Assembly: GCA_039589315.1 (NCBI GenBank)
Contig: JBDHHQ010000120.1
Span: 1-12,845, forward strand
Length of the DNA: 12,845 bases
Source: Gemmatimonadota bacterium
GTDB taxonomy: Bacteria > Gemmatimonadota > Gemmatimonadetes > Longimicrobiales > Gaopeijiaceae
Direction of reading: 5' to 3'
The notes beneath the pieces are model-generated. The model searched no databases and was not told where the DNA came from. It saw only the letters and a list, made by a program, of their open reading frames with translations. Position numbers and translations under genes: made by a program. Position 1 is the stretch's first letter. Each line of letters begins with the position of its first letter. This document shows, in pieces, positions 7,825-12,845 of this stretch.

Positions 7825-9654
7825 GTGCTTACCGTCCACGTAAATTGCAGGGGCCGATCCGAGATCGACACCGACCTGCTGGAGTCGGCCGTGCGGCTCG
7901 TTCTCCACGCCGAGGGCGTGGAACGAGGCGAGGTTTCCGTCACGCTCCTGGGGGACGACCCCATCCGGGAGATGAACCGCGACTACCTCGGGCACGACCG
8001 GCCCACCGACGTCATCGCGTTCGCCCTGCACGGCGAGGGCGAGCCGGTACTGGGTGACGTGTACGTGGGCGTTGAGCAGGCCGAGCGGCAGGCGGTGCGA
8101 GAGGGCGTGCCGGCTCGGGATGAGCTTGCGCGTCTGGCCATCCACGGCACGCTGCACGTGCTGGGATACGACCATCCGGACGGCGAGGGCAGAAGCGCAA
8201 GCCCCATGTTCGAGCGCCAGGAGCGGCTCATGGCCGAGCTGCTGGGCGATCGCACGGGCGGGTCCCCAGAAGAAACACCGGACGGGAGAAAGTCCTTGAA
8301 CGGGTCGGGCACACCGGAAGAGACGTTGATCGCCGAGCTGCGCCAATTGATCGAGTCCGGAGAGAGCGAGAGGCTCCAGGAGATCCTCGCGGGGATGCAC
8401 CCGAGCGACGTCGCCGACCTGGTGGAGTCGATCGACGACAGCGCCAGGCGGGTGGCCTTCATACGCGCGCTCCCCTCCGAGCTCGCCTCCGAAACCCTGA
8501 GCGAGATGGAGGAGGGCGAGCAGCCGGCCGAGCTCCTGGCGGCCCTGGGACCCGTAGAAGGCGCGGCCCTGGTCCACGAGCTCGACGATGACGACGCGGC
8601 AGACCTCATCGCCGATCTGGAGCCCGCGGACAGGGACCGGATCCTGGCGGAGCTCCCGGAGGACGAGGCCGAGGACATCGAAGGTCTCCTCCAGTACGAC
8701 GAGGAGACCGCCGGTGGCCTGATGACCACTGCCCTGGTGTCCGTTCCCGAACGCATGACGGCCGCGGAGGCGATCGCCGAAGTGCGGAAGCAGGGCCGTG
8801 AGGTGGAGGACTTCTACACCGTGTTCGTCGTGGACGACCGCGGTCGCCTCCAGGGCACGGTGCCGCTGGACGACCTCATCCTGGCCGATCCCCACGAACC
8901 GGTGGCGAGCCTGGTGCAGCCCGTCGTGACCTCGGTGCTCCCGGAGTTGGACCAGGAGGAGGTGGGCCGCCTCCTCGGTCGCTACAACCTGGTGAGCGTC
9001 CCCGTGGTCAACGAGTTCGGGACTCTCTTGGGGCGCATCACCTTCGACGACGTCATCGACGTGATCGAGGCGGAGCAGACCGAGGACATCCTGCGCTTGG
9101 CCGGTGGCTCGGAGGACGAAGAGGTGCGGGCCCGCTGGACTGACGCCGTGCGAGAGCGCCTGCCCTGGCTGCTGATCAATCTGCTTCCGGCTACCCTGGC
9201 CGCCGCGGTCGTCTATGCCTTCGACCAGACGATCGAGAACGTGGTGATCCTGGCCGCCGTCATGCCCATCATCGCCGCGACCGGAGGGAACGCGGGCACG
9301 CAGGCCCTGGCCGTCACGATTCGGCGTATCTCGCTGGCCGGCGGGCGGGCGGAGCGGGGATCGCCAGTGTCCAAGGAGATCAAGGTAGGCCTGGCGAATG
9401 GAGCGGCCATCGGCGCCACGGTGGCAGTGCTCGCGGCCGTGGTCCCAGGCGGTAACCCCGTCCTTGGCCTGGTGGTGCTCATCGCCATGTGGGGGACGGT
9501 GTTGATGGGGGGGTTCACCGGCGCCTTTGTGCCCACGGTGTTGAACCGCGCCGGCATAGACCCGGCCGTGGCATCCGCGGTGTTTGTCACCACCCTTACC
9601 GACATGTTCGGGTTCTTCCTGCTCCTGGGCCTCGCCTCCATGTTGCTTCTATGA
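7825..9654 (+). CDS. ybeY-mgtE: In-frame fusion: rRNA maturation factor YbeY (about 7825-8250), linker, magnesium transporter MgtE (about 8296-9654)
   Basis: YbeY part: MNRDYLGHDRPTDVIAF, LGDVYV, Zn-binding HGTLHVLGYDH (8143-8175), MFERQERL. MgtE part: HPSDVADL N-domain, YDEETAGGLMT, tandem CBS domains, GRITFDDVID, RLPWLLINL, GGNAGTQ, GIDPAVAS, TTLTD (pore Asp). There is no stop codon between the two parts. Confidence 0.9.
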   Translation: MLTVHVNCRGRSEIDTDLLESAVRLVLHAEGVERGEVSVTLLGDDPIREMNRDYLGHDRPTDVIAFALHGEGEPVLGDVYVGVEQAERQAVREGVPARDELARLAIHGTLHVLGYDHPDGEGRSASPMFERQERLMAELLGDRTGGSPEETPDGRKSLNGSGTPEETLIAELRQLIESGESERLQEILAGMHPSDVADLVESIDDSARRVAFIRALPSELASETLSEMEEGEQPAELLAALGPVEGAALVHELDDDDAADLIADLEPADRDRILAELPEDEAEDIEGLLQYDEETAGGLMTTALVSVPERMTAAEAIAEVRKQGREVEDFYTVFVVDDRGRLQGTVPLDDLILADPHEPVASLVQPVVTSVLPELDQEEVGRLLGRYNLVSVPVVNEFGTLLGRITFDDVIDVIEAEQTEDILRLAGGSEDEEVRARWTDAVRERLPWLLINLLPATLAAAVVYAFDQTIENVVILAAVMPIIAATGGNAGTQALAVTIRRISLAGGRAERGSPVSKEIKVGLANGAAIGATVAVLAAVVPGGNPVLGLVVLIAMWGTVLMGGFTGAFVPTVLNRAGIDPAVASAVFVTTLTDMFGFFLLLGLASMLLL

Positions 9655-9752
9655 ACCCAGAGCCCGGGAACGCCGCGGGGCCGCGACTCCTCCCGGGCCG
9701 CCCGGACGTGGAGGTGGTGGGGGAGCGGGCCAGGGGACGGCGGCACCGATGA
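9651..9752 (+). CDS. Possible 33-aa small ORF bridging mgtE and the UbiB kinase
   Basis: ATG 9651 overlaps the mgtE TGA (ATGA), and its own TGA (9750-9752) overlaps the kinase ATG (9749). It encodes MNPEPGNAAGPRLLPGRPDVEVVGERARGRRHR; no homology recognised. Confidence 0.3.
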   Translation: MNPEPGNAAGPRLLPGRPDVEVVGERARGRRHR

Positions 9753-11407
9753 AGCGGGTCATCCGCAGCACCTCCGTCCTCGTCCGCCTCGTGCCGTACA
9801 TCTGGGCGTTCCTGCGCGACCGGAAGCGGTGGATCATCCTGGGCCAGCCGGCCCGACGTAATGAAGCGCACCACGAGCGCCGCGCCGAGCGCCTCACGCG
9901 CACGATTGCACACCTGGGTCCCACGTTCATCAAGTTGGCCCAGCTCTTCTCGTCCCGGGCCGACCTGCTCGTCGAGCCGTACCTCTCGGCCATCGGCACG
10001 CTCCAGGACCAGGTCCCTCCGGATCCCGTGGAGCGAATCCGCTCCGTGGTGGAGGCAGAGTACGAGAAGCCCATCGGGGAAGTGTTCGACGAATTCGAGC
10101 CCGAGCCCCTGGCCGCGGCGAGCCTGGGTCAGGTTCATCGAGCGGTCGTGGGAGGGCGCGAGGCGGTGGTCAAGGTGCTGCGGCCCGGTGTGGAGGGGGT
10201 CGTGGCCCTCGACCTGGATATCTCGTTCCGCGTTCTGTTCTGGCTCAACCTCCTGTTCAGGAACCACCACGTGCAGGGGCTCACGAACGTGGTGCGGGAG
10301 TTCAGCGTGAGGGTCCGCGAGGAGATGGATTTCACCAAAGAGGCCGAGAACATCCACCACTTCCAGGAGAAGTTCCGCACCGACCGGAAGGTCAGGGCCC
10401 CCTACGTCTTCCCGGAGTACACGCGGCGCCGCGTCCTCGTCATGGAGTACTGCCGCGGCACGAAGATCGATCGTCTCCAGGACAGGTTCCGGTCTGGTAG
10501 GCTGCGGTTCGAGGACGTGATGGAGACCATCACCGGCCTCTACCTGCGCATGATGATGGTGGACGGCTTCCTTCACGCCGATCCCCATCCCGGTAACCTC
10601 CTGGTCCAGGACGACGGCACCATCGTCGTGCTGGACTGGGGCATGGTCATCCAGGTGCCGCGGTGGACCCGGGAAGACATCCTGGCCATCGCGCTGGCCG
10701 TGGAGCGGGAGAACCTCGACGGGGTCATCAACGGCATGTACCACCTGGGGATGATCAACCCCGACGTGTCCCGGGGCGAGATCCGTGAGGCGGCAACGGA
10801 GATCCTGCACATCCTCGAGCGGGTGACGGGCGGCGGGCGAGAACGGATTCAGGAGATCGTCCAGGAGATCTTCGACACCTTCTATACGTGGCCCCTGATG
10901 CTCCCCCAGGAGCTGGTGTACTTCTTCCGCACCACGGCCCTGCTCGAGGGAATCGGGTTCCGCTATCGGCCCGACTTCGACGGACTGGGCCTCGTCCGGC
11001 GGGTCATCCGGAGCTACCGCGGCGAGATCCTCCGGACCACGGCTCGGCAACCCGCCGCGGTGGCCAAGGACGTCCTCACGGAGGTCAACAGCGTCGTCCG
11101 CTCCGTCAGGGACCTCCTGCACCGGGCCGAGCGGGAAGAGCTGCGCGTGCGGATCCATCCCCGTGACCTGGGTCACCTGGAACGGAACATCCACCTCCAG
11201 GCCCGGCGGTTGCTCCTGAGCATCTTCGCTACAGCCACAGCCGTAATCACCTCGGTGCTGTTCATATCGCTCCGCAGCTGGTGGCTCCTGGCCGGAGGAC
11301 TCGTGATCTCGCTGTTCATGTTCGTCCTGATCCTCTTTTTGCCTACGCACCTGCTGGAGAACCCGCTGAGGCACGCGAGGGGAATTCGGCCGGGAGACCG
11401 GTTCTAG
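9749..11407 (+). CDS. ABC1/AarF/UbiB-family atypical protein kinase-like protein with two C-terminal TM helices
   Basis: LGPTFIKLAQ (KxGQ position), LQDQVPP, PLAAASLGQVHRA, VVKVLRPG, EEMDF..EA, VLVMEY, HADPHPGN, LDWGM and a hydrophobic C-terminal hairpin. ATG 9749 is preferred over the track's 9584, which overlaps mgtE. Confidence 0.93.
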   Translation: MKRVIRSTSVLVRLVPYIWAFLRDRKRWIILGQPARRNEAHHERRAERLTRTIAHLGPTFIKLAQLFSSRADLLVEPYLSAIGTLQDQVPPDPVERIRSVVEAEYEKPIGEVFDEFEPEPLAAASLGQVHRAVVGGREAVVKVLRPGVEGVVALDLDISFRVLFWLNLLFRNHHVQGLTNVVREFSVRVREEMDFTKEAENIHHFQEKFRTDRKVRAPYVFPEYTRRRVLVMEYCRGTKIDRLQDRFRSGRLRFEDVMETITGLYLRMMMVDGFLHADPHPGNLLVQDDGTIVVLDWGMVIQVPRWTREDILAIALAVERENLDGVINGMYHLGMINPDVSRGEIREAATEILHILERVTGGGRERIQEIVQEIFDTFYTWPLMLPQELVYFFRTTALLEGIGFRYRPDFDGLGLVRRVIRSYRGEILRTTARQPAAVAKDVLTEVNSVVRSVRDLLHRAEREELRVRIHPRDLGHLERNIHLQARRLLLSIFATATAVITSVLFISLRSWWLLAGGLVISLFMFVLILFLPTHLLENPLRHARGIRPGDRF

Positions 11408-11521
11408 TGGCCGGTGGACGACACGTCGGCAGAAGGGGCGGAGGCACGGCGCCCACGATGCGCCTCGAGCGGCTCGGCCAGCCGGTCGCGACCCATCGCA
11501 TTCGTGTCAGAGGACGGTAGC

Positions 11522-12634
11522 ATGGCCACGGAGGACCTCACCACGGCAGTGGCCAGGCTGGTGGAGCGCTTCCAGGGTGGTCAACGGCCGGCCCTCGCCC
11601 GCGCGATCACGGTCGTGGAGAACCAGCGCACGGGCTTCCAGGAGCTGCTGCACGGGGTCGTGGGTGGCGGCCTCCAGGCGCGCCGCATCGGCTTCACCGG
11701 ACCACCGGGTGCCGGCAAGTCGAGCTTGATCTCGACCCTGGCAGCCCGGTACCGGGCGCAGGCAGAGGAGGTGGCGGTGGTGGCGGTCGATCCCACGTCG
11801 CCCTACTCGGGGGGCGCGCTTCTGGGCGACCGCATCCGGATGAACGACCTGGCGACGGATCCGGGCATCTTCATCACGACCGGCGAGGTCATCGATCTGA
11901 TGGACGCCTTCGGGTTCCCACGGGTGCTGGTCGAGACGGTGGGTGTGGGGCAGACCGAGCTCGAGATCACGGGAGCGGCCGACACCGTTGTAGTGGTCCT
12001 CGTGCCCGAGTCGGGCGACGCCATTCAGGCCATGAAGGCCGGGCTGATGGAGATTGCCGACATCTTCGTCGTGAACAAGGCCGACCGGCCGGGCGCGGAC
12101 CGGCTGGTCAAAGAGATCAGCCTGGCCATTCACCTCAGGGCGGGGGAGGCCCTGAAGGACATCCCCGCGCACCATGGGGTGGCCCTGAAGCCGGTGGGGG
12201 CTGCGTCCGGCGAGGGGCTGGCCGGGGCGGACACCCGCGCCGGACATGAGCCCGCTGTGGAGCCTGGCGCGAAGACGTCCCGCCGTTGGGAGCGTCACCG
12301 CCCCGAGGCCGGCGAGTGGAAGATCCCCGTGCTCAAGACGGTGGCCCAGACGGGCGCGGGGGTGGACGGCTTGGCCACGGCCATCGAGGAGCACCGGACG
12401 TACCTGGAGGCCAGCGGCGAGCTCGAGCATCGCCGTCGGGAGCGGGCTGCGGGCAGGGTCCGGGACGTGGCCGAGCGGGAGCTCTCGCGCATCGTGTGGG
12501 GCTCGGTCGAGACGTCGGAGTTGCTGGCCCAAGGGGTGGAGGCCGTGGCCCGGGGCGCCGAGACGCCGTACACCGTGGCCCGGCGGATCGTCGAGCGGCA
12601 CCTGGGGCGAGTGGATACGGCGCTGCCGGAGTGA
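11522..12634 (+). CDS. meaB: MeaB/ArgK (MMAA) G3E GTPase, methylmalonyl-CoA mutase chaperone; lacks a conserved internal segment and may be impaired
   Basis: ALARAITVVEN, P-loop IGFTGPPGAGKSS, AVDPTSPYSGGALLGDRIRM, ETVGVGQ, PESGDAIQAMKAGLMEIADIFVVNKAD, TPY near the C-terminus. ATG 11522 has GAGG upstream. Confidence 0.93.
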   Translation: MATEDLTTAVARLVERFQGGQRPALARAITVVENQRTGFQELLHGVVGGGLQARRIGFTGPPGAGKSSLISTLAARYRAQAEEVAVVAVDPTSPYSGGALLGDRIRMNDLATDPGIFITTGEVIDLMDAFGFPRVLVETVGVGQTELEITGAADTVVVVLVPESGDAIQAMKAGLMEIADIFVVNKADRPGADRLVKEISLAIHLRAGEALKDIPAHHGVALKPVGAASGEGLAGADTRAGHEPAVEPGAKTSRRWERHRPEAGEWKIPVLKTVAQTGAGVDGLATAIEEHRTYLEASGELEHRRRERAAGRVRDVAERELSRIVWGSVETSELLAQGVEAVARGAETPYTVARRIVERHLGRVDTALPE

Positions 12635-12775
12635 CGCTGTGCCGGTCTCCACGCCTGACCCGAGCGCTTCTGGATCAGCAGCGGGGACGGCTCGTCCGGC
12701 TTCCGCCGCCTTGGATCGGTGAGGATCGACCCACCCATTCGGCGTGCGGCGTGTGATTCGCTCCCAGGTGATTCG

Positions 12776-12804
12776 TTGACCCGTTCCGAATGCCCGATGA
12801 TCTT
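12776..12804 (+). promoter_or_regulatory. Possible sigma70-type promoter for the next downstream gene
   Basis: TTGACC (12776-12781), 17-nt spacer, GATCTT (12799-12804); the -10 is imperfect. Confidence 0.25.
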
Positions 12805-12845
12805 TGAAGAGGCCGACAATGGACCGACTACGGACCTGCAGGGGA

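Noticed and set aside
7798..7827. The HD phosphohydrolase and YbeY-MgtE share a reading frame, separated by one TGA and 8 codons, and ybeY has no clear SD, raising possible readthrough into a giant fusion
   Set aside because: Sharing a frame has a 1-in-3 chance, no readthrough or SECIS-like signal is recognisable, and other genes here (rlmN, aspS) also lack an SD.
7972..8025. YbeY has YLGHD where E. coli has YRGKD (conserved Arg), suggesting inactivation
   Set aside because: YLxHD is a natural variant in other phyla such as Bacteroidota, and the Zn-binding His triad is intact.
6280..8895. 871-aa minus-strand ORF, and similar long antisense ORFs at 9596-11374, 4307-5284, 11507-12652 and 118-1104
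   Set aside because: They lie antisense to well-supported genes, have no recognisable motifs, and are the shadow ORFs expected from high-GC codon bias.
11408..11521. Possible cobalamin riboswitch or structured leader upstream of meaB (short complementary segments such as GACACG/CGTGTC and GAGGC/GCCTC)
   Set aside because: No B12-box or other conserved riboswitch motif is seen, and short stems are expected by chance at this GC content.
12635..12775. GC-rich stems after meaB as a possible terminator or small RNA
   Set aside because: There is no strong stem followed by a U-tract and no tRNA or ncRNA signature.
12819..12845. ATG preceded by GAAGAGG opening MDRLRTCRG at the window edge, possibly the next gene (e.g. 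a mutase)
   Set aside because: Only 9 codons are visible, which is too little to support a call.

Overview
High-GC bacterial housekeeping region with two divergent gene clusters. Gene content and protein features are suggestive of Gemmatimonadota, which is an inference rather than a database result. The minus strand carries a predicted outer-membrane beta-barrel protein (PorV/PorQ-like) followed by rlmN, which runs off the left edge and is missing from the ORF track. The plus strand carries a probable operon: VanZ-family protein, aspS, phoH/ybeZ, a 7TM-HD phosphohydrolase (PgpH-like), a single ORF fusing the rRNA-maturation factor YbeY to the Mg2+ channel MgtE, a UbiB/ABC1 atypical kinase and a MeaB/ArgK GTPase. 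No RNA genes, mobile elements or CRISPR arrays were seen. The most notable features are the stop-free YbeY-MgtE fusion, whose linker still shows an SD + TTG/TGA junction; an in-frame loss of a conserved ~13-14 aa motif in MeaB; a 33-codon ORF overlapping both mgtE and ubiB via ATGA junctions; and a possible leader ORF/hairpin over the barrel gene start.
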